A stretch of DNA of 57,412 nucleotides, the filler included, from Circinaria calcarea (Eukaryota), in NCBI GenBank assembly GCA_051942165.1. It is 3 parts of 3 records of this genome, joined end to end, with 100 filler letters (N's around TTAATTAATTAA, not from the genome) between each part and the next. Parts side by side here need not be neighbours in the genome. Positions count along the whole stretch, not along the records: positions 1 to 19,101 come from JAVECS010000217.1; positions 19,202 to 38,286 come from JAVECS010000218.1; 1 more part is not named here. The stretch is one strand, 5' to 3'. A program made the translations under genes and the position numbers. The notes beneath the pieces were generated by a model, which saw only the letters and a program-made list of their open reading frames with translations, was not told where the DNA came from and did no database searches. Below are positions 12,211 through 22,917 of the stretch, piece by piece (positions within the stretch are counted from its first letter, which is position 1; the number at the start of each line of letters is the position of its first letter).

Positions 12211-15200
12211 TCACATACTCCTCGTTGTCCGTCCCCCTCCTTTCTGACCTTTCCTACCGCCTGCTGCCTCGCTTCTCCGTCCACTCCGGGTCTTTTTAAC
12301 CCATCCCGGTCCCGCCGGCAGCCCTTTCGCCGCACCCCGGTCCTCATACTCACTGTCTTCCGGATCCACCGCATCGCTGCTCACCGTGAGGTCTACGACT
12401 TGAGACCCGACCGGTATCTGCGACGCGCGTGGAGTGCTCATGGTCTCAAAATCCGATTCTCCGTCGTTGGAGCTCGCCAAGACATCCGCGACGGAGAAAG
12501 AACGCTTTGTCCGCTGTGATTGAGACTGCGATTGTGCCTGTGATTGAGATTGAGACCCTGGGAGTTTTGACTTCTTGACTCTCGCGCGTTGAGAGCTGAC
12601 AACGGGGTAGTCGTCTTCATCATCGGAAAGGGTGAGAGCTATACGAGATTTGGCCGTGGAGTCTACTTCCTCCGTTACTGGGAATTCATCCAAAAGATCC
12701 GAGTTTACACCATCCAGCCCGCCTGTTCTCGTAGGGGCATGAGTAGACTGAGCTGTCTTTTCTTTGCCTATTGCTTCCGGATTTCTTGGAGGTGGTGAAG
12801 GATGAGAGAAGAGTCTTTCGGGGAGGGTCGTTTGATCGAAACCGAACTTCTTGGAGGGGTCCGATGAATAATCATTTCGAATTTCATCCTCCTCATATAG
12901 GCTGTTGGACATGTCTTGGCCATTGACAAAGCCGTCTTCAATTTCCTGACGAGACTGCAATTGAATTGGGGAGGATATCTCCGGGAGCTCAAAATCATCT
13001 TGTTCAAGGTTCGATGGTGTCACACGTGTGGCAGCCAACGTATCTGACATTGGTTTGCTGCCTTGTTCTGCTGGTGGGCTAGAGCTGAACCCATTGAATT
13101 TCGGCGATAAAGCAGGATAAGAATCATCCTGTGCTAGTGGTTGGTTAGAATGGTCTGCTAACACATGTTTTCCGAGTTCACGGTCGACGTCAGAATGCAC
13201 ATCAGAGCGGAAACCGGCATCCTTGATCAAGATAGAGATCTCCTTTCGAGTTTCTTCTGTAAGCTCAACGTATCCTCCTCGCTGATCAACTTGATCAATG
13301 GCTCTTTCGACTCTCTCTTGATAGGGTAGATCGCCACTAGTATCCTTGACCCAATCTTCCTGCGGTTCTGCGTTCTCTTCCCTGTCATTTTCGTTAGGAG
13401 ATTGCAAATTCTCGTCAGCATCCACCGTGTTTGACAGATCAACAGTTTCAATTATCGGCTGGAAATCTTGGCGCGATAATTGCTCATGAGCGTTCTCGGC
13501 AGGCCTAATAAGCTTTGGCTCGATCATTTCTTCGAAGCTGAGCTCAATAAAGCCATCTTCGCCTTGTATATCCTCGGATTCGTCGTCTGGTACTTCAAAT
13601 TTCGAGTAGATTCTTTGCCCTGTTTTCTCATCATATAGCTTCGCCTTGGTGCTGGGTCGATCTTGTTGCGCTAGGGTCATTTCGAATCTGTGGTTTTCTA
13701 ATATCCTGTCAATTACAGCAGTCCTATATGTCGACACTTGAGGCTGCCAGCTTGTCTCCTGTGACATTTCTAGTTGCTTGAATGCAATGACTGCTCCAGG
13801 TGCTGCAAGATCTTTGGCCAAAGTAGCATAAGACGAAAAATCTGCTTGAATGCTCGATAGACCATTCACCGGCGCACTCTGGTTGACCGGTGCTGCAGAT
13901 ATGTCATGTGCGTCTCGCATAAGCTGTTCGTCGACCGCACCCTGATATTCGTCACTCGGAGTCTGATGTATCGCCTGCTCTTGATCGTTATTAATGCCAT
14001 TGGTATCTGTGTTATCATTACCATGCTCTTGCTGTTCCACTGGAGTTCCGTAGTCTTCATACTGCACTGTATTTTCATCCTGAGCGTAAGTCCTATTTCG
14101 CTTCCGCTTTTTGCTCCTACTCATACCAAGCCCACCGCTGGAAGTATTTGAACGGCCTTGCTGCTGCGGGTCCCATCTCTGAACAAAAGGAAACGGCGGT
14201 ATGCTCAATTCAACCCCATCATAACAACATTCAACGGCCTTCAGAACTATCTTATCCTTCCAGTTGTCATCTCCATCAGGGGAATTACCCCTTAGATTAG
14301 CTACTGACAAATCTGTAGAGTTGTTGTAAGACTGCGGGACCAGTCTAATGTTTTCCTTAAGCTTCTCTCGCATCTTTTCCTCATCCTTCTGGCTTTTTGG
14401 GGTTCGCAAGCCCAAGGAGCCGAACAGCAACCGTCGTGAACTCGCAATGTCTAATTTGGCCCGTCGTCGGGGAAGTTGTGAGTCTATCACTGTAGCCTGC
14501 GATGGATGAGAACTCTCTAGAGCGTTGAGATGATCGTTCTCAATCTTGGAAATATGAGAAACGTGCGTCGTGTCCTCTTGGTCGGCATAAGCTGCTGCAG
14601 TAGGGGTACCGTCTCTCTCTGTAGCTGATATAGCAGGTATTTTCGGGTCAGGGGCTGCAACCTCCAAGGACACATGTTCTTGGCCATCTGCTACCACGTT
14701 GGCACGATCTGCCTTGGTTGAGGGCTCAACTTCGACGCCGCCAGAGGCTATGGAGTCAAGAAGTAACTGTCTCCTTGCTTCGAATTCTGCACTGGTATTC
14801 AGCTCCTCTCCGCTTGGTTTCTCTAATGTTGCGAATGCTGTTGTCGTTTCCCACTTTGATCGCCTTTCCGAAACGATTGAATCAAGATTCGTGTCATTGG
14901 ACTCCGGAATCTCAATTGTGTTAGGATCCGATAGCTCGGAAGGCGGTTTCTGGTCCAGTAAGTCTGACTTCGTAGCGTGGGGTGGCAATATTCCAATCCT
15001 CTTCAAGTGCTGGAGCTTCTTACTCTCCCTTCGTCTTTGGTTACGCCTTTGGGTCTGCCTTCTCCCCAGTCCTGGTGGTCTATGAGCAGGGTTGTGCTGC
15101 GCATTATTCGGACTGTTCTCAGAAGCTGCTTTGGCGTCGGGGCGCTGTTCATACTTCTCACTATTCGATCTAGGGTCCCGAGCTGAGATGGAAGAGGATT

Positions 15201-16602
15201 CTGGAGATCTAGAATCCGAGCTGCTTGTAGAAGACGAAACTAGAGAAGAGGAAGTCTCGGAGCTGTCTGATTCACTTGCAGAAGACACTATAGAGCTAGA
15301 TTGCTCTGGCTCCGAAGAAACCTATTCTATATCAGTCCACCAATATTATTTTAATTTAAAGCTAGGCCATAGCGGCGGCATTCAAGGTATGGGGTTGCCA
15401 CAGTCACTAACCTGACCACCAGGCTCGACATTTTCCTTGTTTGACTCGCTTGAGTTGCTTTCAATTGCCTCGTTAAATTCGAAGTTCTCGTCCTCAGAAT
15501 CCTCACTGCCATCGGCTTCCACTATAGTAGCGGGGGTCTTTGTTTCATCTTCTTGGAATCGTACGCTTTTCATACTTGCGCTCGAGCTCCGTCTACTGGT
15601 TTGCTCTGGAATCAGCGATCGGCGTGTAAGGCCTTTTGCGCTGTTTGGCCGCGACTTCTTTCCTTGCAAATGCGTAAAGCCCCTCTCGACCTGAGGTTCA
15701 GGCTGATCTTGATAATACTGCTCTAGAAGTGGATTATGGTATTCTCCAGGGTATTGCCTACCATTCTCGTCCACAAGTTCCAAGATACCTTCCCCTTGTA
15801 GTCCTAAACCCTGCTGTCCTCTCCGTCGACGAGATCTTGTAAGTCTACCAGAGGTCCGCGCGGTTTCATCTGGATGGACTGTCCGTTCGGCATCTTCCAA
15901 TAACCAAAGCCCATCTTCGTCGACACCGTCAGTCAGTTCGTCCCTGAGATCGTCCAATTCTGCTTCTAAATCTTCACCATATTCAGCATGGGGTGCGAAG
16001 TCGTCATCATCAGTATTGCCCTCAGGCTCGCCAAGATCAGGACTCGCTCTGACGAAAATTTGCGTATTGGTCTCTGGCACACGGATATGGGCCTCAGCCT
16101 CTTCCTGCTCCTCATCATTCATAAGTCGTATTCGCTTCCTCGGTGGGATTCGTATGCTTGGTCTGTCCGCCCGCCGGAGAAAGGGCCGACCAAACGATAC
16201 GCCGTCGATAAGATGTCTACCGTCAGCGGAAATCTGGTGCCTACCAGACATCTTACGGTAGCGAAGATCGGTCGTCTGTAACGGCCTTATCCTGTATGGA
16301 GCGGACCTTCAGAATCATTCTGCCAGAGACCTTCCAAAAGCGACTTACGTGACTTCATCGTCTTCTTTCAATATCTTGAGTTCCGAGAAATGTAGGCATT
16401 CAAACCCTCGAACCTCGACGATATAGTCTTCCAAGCCCCATTCCTCTGCTTCCAATGGTAGGATTTCATTGACCTGTTCTAATAGTTGGGATATGGTAGT
16501 GCTGGCTTCGTTGACAGTGTAACCAGGACGGAAGCCCCCAACTGTCCATAAGACCTGGACTGGTGGCAGACCATGCCTCTGCACGGTCAATTGCAATCTC
16601 AT
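12211..16602 (-). CDS. Large low-complexity nuclear protein, probable coilin homologue (coilin-N-like domain plus coilin Tudor-like domain); 3 exons
   Basis: Introns 16348-16292 and 15411-15322 join three ORFs in frame. N-terminus MRLQLTVQRHGLPPVQVLW..TISQLLEQV..ILKEDDEVTIRPL; internal PGAVIAFKQLEMSQETSWQPQVSTYRTAVI; Ser/acidic and basic NLS-like tracts. Gene existence is well supported; the coilin identity is by remembered motif similarity. Confidence 0.75.
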
Positions 16603-16851
16603 GGTACGTGTATTAACAGTACAAAGGGCAGGTCTGGTTAGATATGATCCATGACCATGTTAAAGCACCCTCTGTAGCCAACCTGAGTTAACTTGTGTAG
16701 ACGCGGGGGATTCACATGAAAACTACGCGAAGCCGCTAGCCCTTATAATCCACCGCGTTACAGTCACCTGTGATCTACAGGGCTATGTGCTGCCAATTAT
16801 CAATGGTGCCTTAGGCATGAATTTAATCATGGGGTTGGTCATGGTTCGTGC

Positions 16852-17937
16852 CTATTTTGCTGCTTTTGACTTAGGTCTATCGGCATGTTTAGTCTTTGTA
16901 GAACTATCAGTATGGCCGCCTGTTAGAGTAGACCTGAGCTGAACTGCTCCCCCGCGCCGTTCTGGACTTTCTCGGAGGTTGTGGCTTTTACTTCTAATAG
17001 CCTCTTGCTCCTGCAATGCTTCTTCCTCCCGATCACTCAACAAGGTCCCCTCGATGGTCAAGAAGCTCTTTTCCCGATCCGAGGTCAGCGATGTGTCCAC
17101 ATCTCTAATCCTGAACCCCAACCGCCCCTCTACCTTGTTACCGTTCTCGTCTTCAAAGTACCCTTGCGTGTCCTGACCGTCATTCGTCGTTTGCGGCTCC
17201 TTTTGGCCCTTCTCACCTCCGGACGCTTCCGGCTCTGAAAGATTTCGAGCTTGCTTTGACTTCTCTTTCGACCCTACTTCCAATCCACCTTCTACCCATC
17301 TCCAGCTCGTTGGTAACCTCTTTCTTTCAATGCTCGCATTGAACAGGTTCCAACACACCAAGCCTAGATGACCCTCATTCTGTAAATTGACCCAGCCTTC
17401 TGTCCATCCGCCCTTTTGCGGCTTGAAGATGAGGAAATCTGCCGTGACCCAAACGAAGCTTGCTGCGTACTCGTTAACCGAGCGCGCCAGTACTGGTTCT
17501 TGCTGAGCCCCTGGTATTATGTCCCTTGGGTTTTCTGATAGTTGCGGGTTGCTGTATGATAGGACGACCCCTCGGAAGGGGCGGTGGTACGTTAAGATGA
17601 GAGGTGACAGGTGCTCAGCACAAATGCCCTGAAGGGGATAGAGCTGGGATATCGGTGAAAGCGGTAGGAGAAGGGACGAGGTCTGAGTATGAAACGGTGA
17701 GTGATCGGCTGAGTTGGATAGTAGGGAGGGATCCGAGCTTCCTCTGGTGGAATTTGGTTGTTCACTCGACCGCCGCTTTTTGGTCGGAGCCTCACCGGCT
17801 TCGAGATCTGGGTCGGCATCACGCTTGCGCTTTCTCTTTTCGTTCTTCTCCCGTTGCTCTGTACCATCTTTCACATCCTTTGCTTTCTTATAATTCTTTT
17901 TCCTCTCTTTTCTCTGGACGTTTGGCTCTGTTGACAT
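16852..17937 (-). CDS. RPA43: RNA polymerase I subunit RPA43
   Basis: SPFHTQTSSLLLPLSP..HLSPLILTY..GVVLSY..FVWVTADFLIFKP..GWVNLQNEGHLGLVCWNLFNASI is the fungal A43 pattern; Lys-rich N-terminus; first ATG at 17937; single exon. Confidence 0.88.
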   Translation of the reverse strand: MSTEPNVQRKERKKNYKKAKDVKDGTEQREKNEKRKRKRDADPDLEAGEAPTKKRRSSEQPNSTRGSSDPSLLSNSADHSPFHTQTSSLLLPLSPISQLYPLQGICAEHLSPLILTYHRPFRGVVLSYSNPQLSENPRDIIPGAQQEPVLARSVNEYAASFVWVTADFLIFKPQKGGWTEGWVNLQNEGHLGLVCWNLFNASIERKRLPTSWRWVEGGLEVGSKEKSKQARNLSEPEASGGEKGQKEPQTTNDGQDTQGYFEDENGNKVEGRLGFRIRDVDTSLTSDREKSFLTIEGTLLSDREEEALQEQEAIRSKSHNLRESPERRGGAVQLRSTLTGGHTDSSTKTKHADRPKSKAAK

Positions 17938-18176
17938 ACTGGACAATTCTAATCCAGTTTTTCTTCGCACTTTTTATGTTCATAGGGCCGAACTCTTTTC
18001 TTAGCTTCATGCATATGCAGGGATTCGAACAAGTCGCCTCGGCCCTGACGATCATCCGCATATCATTGACGTGCGTTTCTACATATCAGGACACTTTAGA
18101 GATGCGCCAACTCCAAATACCTTTGGACAGGAACATATAATGGGCTTTCGAGCAGTAGATCACCTTCATCAATGTG

Positions 18177-19101
18177 ATGGCTAGTTCTCTTCTTGCGTAC
18201 GCTGGCTGGACATTCTTACCCAATGTAAGGAAAACATTCCTCTTTCGCATCAATGCCTCCGAATCAGGTTGTCGTGAAAGAAGATATCTAGAGAGCATGG
18301 ATCTGACTATCAACAACTCATAGCTTGTGACTGGTTGGATTCAGACCATCTACTACGGCGTCGTCATACGGGCTGGCGACCCTAAGCCGCAACCCGGCAC
18401 ACCTAGATACCAGAAGCATCGGCGGCGCATTTTCATCACCGTCATTCTTGCATACCTTCTCTACACAGTATTCGAAGCAGACTATGATTTGCGGCGAAGC
18501 GGCGACTTCTACCAGTCCCTTGGATTGCCTCACGATGTGGATGACAGAGGAATCAAGTCTCGCTTTCGAAGACTGTAAGGATCCCACAATTCCCGACTCA
18601 GATCTCCCGACCATCTAATGGTCCTCTTAGTGCCGCCCTACACCACCCAGACAAAGTCTCTGCTTCGGAAGATCGAGCGACCTCCGATGCCTACTTCGTG
18701 CACCTCAAACTTGCCCAAGACACCCTCCTCAACCCAACGAAACGATTCGCTTATGACCGTTTCGGCCCCGACATGCTTCAATGGCAACATTGCTCCTCGG
18801 TCCGCGATTATCTTCTAGCTGGCCTACAAGCATTCGCGCCTCTCTATGTTGGCTCAGCCGTTTTCATGATCCTTCTCGGCGTAGCAGGCTATTTGCAATG
18901 GGGACGTTTCGTAAGAAATCCCATCTCCCGCCCTGCTTTAGGCCAAACCCCGTTTTCAGATCCAGCTAACCCGAACCCCCTCTGAACCAAAACAGTGGCG
19001 CTACCTAACCTTCACCTCCCTCCTCCTCCTCGAACTCCACACCCTCACCCGCCCGTACCACCCACCCCTCCTCGCCAAACTCCTTAACCCCTTCCTCCAA
19101 C
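18177..19101 (+). CDS. Membrane-associated DnaJ (J-domain) co-chaperone, interrupted by the assembly gap
   Basis: Exons 18177-18224 (MASSLLAYAGWTFLPN), 18324-18574, 18631-18910 and 18996-gap. Splicing reconstitutes DFYQSLGL..IKSRFRRLAALHHPDK..LKLAQDTLLNPTKRFAYDRFG (HPD motif) flanked by hydrophobic segments. An acidic frame at 19204-19311 after the gap may be its C-terminus. Confidence 0.88.
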
Positions 19102-19201
19102 NNNNNNNNNNNNNNNNNNNNNNNNNNNNNNNNNNNNNNNNNNNNTTAATTAATTAANNNNNNNNNNNNNNNNNNNNNNNNNNNNNNNNNNNNNNNNNNN
19201 N
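19102..19201. other. Artificial contig-joining spacer (N44-TTAATTAATTAA-N44)
   Basis: Exactly 44 N, then TTAATTAATTAA (stops in all six frames) at 19146-19157, then 44 N; identical to the spacer at 38287. Confidence 0.97.
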
Positions 19202-19863
19202 GTGGAGAGGAGGGAAGGGATGATGGTGGGGTGGTGGATATGGGGGATGAAGATGCAGACGAAGAAGAAGAGGAGCAGGAGGAGGATAAAGTGGGTGGTA
19301 GTGATCGTTGATTGATTATTATTTTTAAAAAAAATGAAAAGATCATCTACCCCCCTTTCCATTTCCAATCATTCGGCTGGAATGGCAGGCACTACGACTT
19401 CTCTACTGATAAATATCATAAGATACATCTTAACTGTACAAACAAGACCTAAAGGCTGCTTGACGAAACCCCCTTCCTCAAACTCAAAACTCAAACTCAA
19501 ACTCGATCACGCCAGTTCCGTCCCTCGAGTTCGAGAAAGCCAACTCAGCTCAGCGTTATCAAACGGGCTTCCTGATTTTGAAAAGACGGGGGTTCTACAG
19601 AGTAGGTGGGGGGGGGGAAGGGGGGAGCGTCTGGGTAATTAGCGGCGCATTTTTTCTTTGAAACCCGTCTGGTTGTTTTCTCCAATATTACTTTCACAAT
19701 ACAACACAGCAAAGTTATAGAGGACAGGACCAGAGATGGGATTTTTCTGAATTAGGTTCCCATAGGAGCACCCAGGAATGGGGGACTGCACTGAAAAGGA
19801 AAAACAAAGCCGCTGCCTTTGAAGCCAAAAATACACGATAATTGCTTCTACCTCGACCCCCCA

Positions 19864-22650
19864 TCACCCCATTCTCTCCTCCCGCCTGGCCGGCCTCTCC
19901 GGGACATTCACCCCCCTCGCTCTCAGACTCTCCACCAAAGCCCAAAACTCCTCCTCCCCCTTCCACCCCCTCGACCCGTTCCGGAACAACGCCCTCTCAT
20001 CCACGACGTCCCTCACCAGATCCCGGACCAGATCCCACTCCTGCACCTGCGCCAACGCCCTCAGGACCCCCAGCAGCGCGATCCACCCGGGCGTTTTCCC
20101 TTCCGCCGGCATGCGGCGCAAAAAGGCGAGCATCTTTTCGATCTCGCCGACGCGGCTGTAGCCTTCGATCATGCGGTCATAGAAGACGTGGTCGGTTGGG
20201 GACTTGTCGAGCCGGATGCGCCGCCAGAGGCTGTCGATGGCGGGCAGGTTGGGCGGCGCGGTGGAGAAGTAGTGCGTGATGAGGATGGTGTAGATGTGCG
20301 GGGAGGGCTTGATGTTGCGGTCGGTCATGCGGGCGAGGACCGCTCGGGCGGCGGCGAGGTTGAAGGAGCGGGGGGAGAGGAGGCTGTCGAGGATGGTGCT
20401 GTAGGTGTAGGTGTTGGCTTCGATGCCCATGTCTTTCATGTCTTGGAAGATCTGCGAGACGGCCTTTTGTTGCTCTTCTAGACTTTGGGATTGGAATGAG
20501 CTGGTAGGGTTGCGGAAAAGACCATCGAGGAGGATGGTAAATGTTACTACGTCTGGTTGACAATCAGATTTCTGCATTTCTTGCAGGATTCGCTGGATTT
20601 CGCCTCTCAAGTCCTTACGAACGGCTGGTCGGAGTAGAATATTGAAGGTTGAGATGTCTGGCTTCACTTTTTGCAAGTTTGCCCACCGCAGAACCGTTTT
20701 GACAGCGTCAGTCTGATTCAACGCTATGAGTCCGGAGATCACTGTATTTATTGGAATTATAGAAGGCAAAAGTTGGTCCTGCTGAGAATCGGTCGTAGTG
20801 TCCGTATTTTGAGGGAGTATTGCGTCGGGTCTAGGCACGGTGTGCGTCGTTGACTTTTTCCATGCCCTGCCCAGTTCTTCGAGTGCTTTTAAAGCAGCTT
20901 GCCAATCCCTGCATTGGAGCAGACCGCTCAGATACATCCTCCACAGTTCGTTCCTGATCCGCACACCACTGGTCTTGATATTCTGCCAGAGAGTTTGTAG
21001 AGAGGGTAAGTCTCGAGCTTTCCTGCATCCATCCAGCATGGCAATCCAATGCTCCTCATATGGCTTACAGCCAGCCCGAACCATAGTATTCCAGACATCT
21101 ATTGCTTTATCTGGACGGCCTAATGCGGTGAAGCTTGCAAGGAACTCTGCGAACGCTTCACTGAGCATATCCGGTTCCACTTCATGATGTTCAATCTTTC
21201 GCTTCATACGGTCCCAAAGCTTGGTAGCATATTTGAGATCGGACTGTTTGACTGCTTTCCGTAGATCCATCGACAGAGTTGAAACTCTTTGCTTCTGAAT
21301 TGTGCTTGCAGCACTATCCTGTAGCTTTCGTATGACGGGTCGGGATTTCTCACAGAATTCCATCCTATTCTGCTCTTGCTCAAGTGTATTTCCTTGTACA
21401 TTATTCTGGAGGTGGTCCCATTGGTCCGTCAAGCGGTGGACCATGGGTAAAGGAATTTCCTCCTTTACAGCACAAGATTGTAGTATGGCATTGTCCAACT
21501 TGCTGCCTTTGATTAGCTCCACAACAAAACCCGAGAACAGTTGAGATCCAGAAAATTTCAAGTCTTCGGAGTTTCCAATCATCTCAATGTCACGTAGAAA
21601 TTGGCATGTCATGACAGCGGCTATTGCAGTGCTTCCAGCGGTGGACTGCATAGGACCTTGGGGAAAGAATTGGGTAAAGCGATCTCTAAAATCTTCAGGT
21701 AGAGTCTCACAAGACGCGACCACGTCTTCAGTGCTAGGCAATCCTGGCCATCCACTCAGCCCTGGAGATAATGATGACACTTTGTAGATTGGTATTGATT
21801 CCTTTGCTAGAAGCCTTTTTCTAGTATCTGGCCCTGATAGAACGCCAAAATTCTCCACATACACTTTCCAAACTTCAAGTGTATCCTTTAGTAAGCTTTC
21901 ACCAGCCCTCTTTTCAGGGTCATGAGAAGGGATGCCTTTTCCATCCAGTGTGTGCTCGACACGGCTATACGCACGCAGCAACTGCCATAGCACAGAATTC
22001 CACCAATTCCCCATCAAGCCATGCCGGACGTACCTTCCAATCACCTCCCCCGGTGTTGGAACAAGGGAAAGATCTGAAGGATTTGAGCGTCTCTCGACCA
22101 CGGCAAAGAGTAGATCTCGAAAAACGGTCTCCACTTCCAAGTTCTTATATTTTCTTATAGGTTTATCAGGAGCCTGAATGCCAAATGATGGCAAGTTCTC
22201 CAGAGCAACCCATACTTTTTCTACAGGCGCTTTCTCTATATAGAGCATGCCTCCAAGTAGAGCAATATCATCCTTGAGTGCTTCAACATCGTTCTTTCCT
22301 GCAATAAGGGTTGCATTCAAAGTTTTTGAATAGCGAGACTTTAAGGGTAACGTTGGCATCCGACGTTGCGTTGATGTAAAAAGGTCCTCAAGGAGGTCGT
22401 TTGTGACGGTAGACTCGACTTTGCGTTGGCGCGGCCTGGTTAACTGCTTGCGATGCCATCCTTGTGCTTCCGATTGAGGACCGCTATGAGCTTCCCTTGG
22501 TTGCGATTTGGGAGCATCAGTGCTGCCTTGTGGTTCCGGGTTTTTGAAGGAGATGAAGCTGCGACACTGAGGCTGGGACTGTCTTCGCGAGAGAAGAGTT
22601 CGAGCATTGATGGATTGTCGACAACGTACACATATGTATGGAGTGCTCAT
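19864..22650 (-). CDS. Pentatricopeptide repeat (PPR) protein, probably mitochondrial
   Basis: 928-aa single ORF; Arg/Ser-rich N-terminus (MSTPYICVRCRQSINARTLLSRR) typical of a mitochondrial presequence; ~35-aa PPR motifs PDISTFNILL, PDVVTFTILLDG, ANTYTYSTILDSL, PSPHIYTILITHY. Confidence 0.88.
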   Translation of the reverse strand: MSTPYICVRCRQSINARTLLSRRQSQPQCRSFISFKNPEPQGSTDAPKSQPREAHSGPQSEAQGWHRKQLTRPRQRKVESTVTNDLLEDLFTSTQRRMPTLPLKSRYSKTLNATLIAGKNDVEALKDDIALLGGMLYIEKAPVEKVWVALENLPSFGIQAPDKPIRKYKNLEVETVFRDLLFAVVERRSNPSDLSLVPTPGEVIGRYVRHGLMGNWWNSVLWQLLRAYSRVEHTLDGKGIPSHDPEKRAGESLLKDTLEVWKVYVENFGVLSGPDTRKRLLAKESIPIYKVSSLSPGLSGWPGLPSTEDVVASCETLPEDFRDRFTQFFPQGPMQSTAGSTAIAAVMTCQFLRDIEMIGNSEDLKFSGSQLFSGFVVELIKGSKLDNAILQSCAVKEEIPLPMVHRLTDQWDHLQNNVQGNTLEQEQNRMEFCEKSRPVIRKLQDSAASTIQKQRVSTLSMDLRKAVKQSDLKYATKLWDRMKRKIEHHEVEPDMLSEAFAEFLASFTALGRPDKAIDVWNTMVRAGCKPYEEHWIAMLDGCRKARDLPSLQTLWQNIKTSGVRIRNELWRMYLSGLLQCRDWQAALKALEELGRAWKKSTTHTVPRPDAILPQNTDTTTDSQQDQLLPSIIPINTVISGLIALNQTDAVKTVLRWANLQKVKPDISTFNILLRPAVRKDLRGEIQRILQEMQKSDCQPDVVTFTILLDGLFRNPTSSFQSQSLEEQQKAVSQIFQDMKDMGIEANTYTYSTILDSLLSPRSFNLAAARAVLARMTDRNIKPSPHIYTILITHYFSTAPPNLPAIDSLWRRIRLDKSPTDHVFYDRMIEGYSRVGEIEKMLAFLRRMPAEGKTPGWIALLGVLRALAQVQEWDLVRDLVRDVVDERALFRNGSRGWKGEEEFWALVESLRARGVNVPERPARREERMG

Positions 22651-22917
22651 TAAATTCCTTTAGCTATACACCTCAATAGGGAATATATTGATGCATAGTG
22701 AGCCTTTCGTCAAGCTTGGATTCGAGGCCAAAAGATCTCCGCGCTTGGCGTTCATCATCTACGAAAACGAACTTTCTTCATCGGCTTATCAACTTCCGTA
22801 TGAGCTCGGGGCATCCATTATGTGCATACTGAGGAGCCTAGCAAACTTCCACCAGACTTCACCAAAATCCGGCTTCATGATCCTTTCTAGAAAATGATAT
22901 AATCGCCGTCGTACACC

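Noticed and set aside
19146..19157. TTAATTAATTAA as a piggyBac TTAA target or regulatory palindrome (also at 38331-38342)
   Set aside because: It is centred in exactly 44+44 N at both sites, so it is an assembly linker.
19819..20563. Long overlapping ORFs (19819-20481 +, 19842-20279 +, 20177-20563 -)
   Set aside because: Shadow frames caused by the high GC3 of the PPR gene's 3' end; no recognisable domains.
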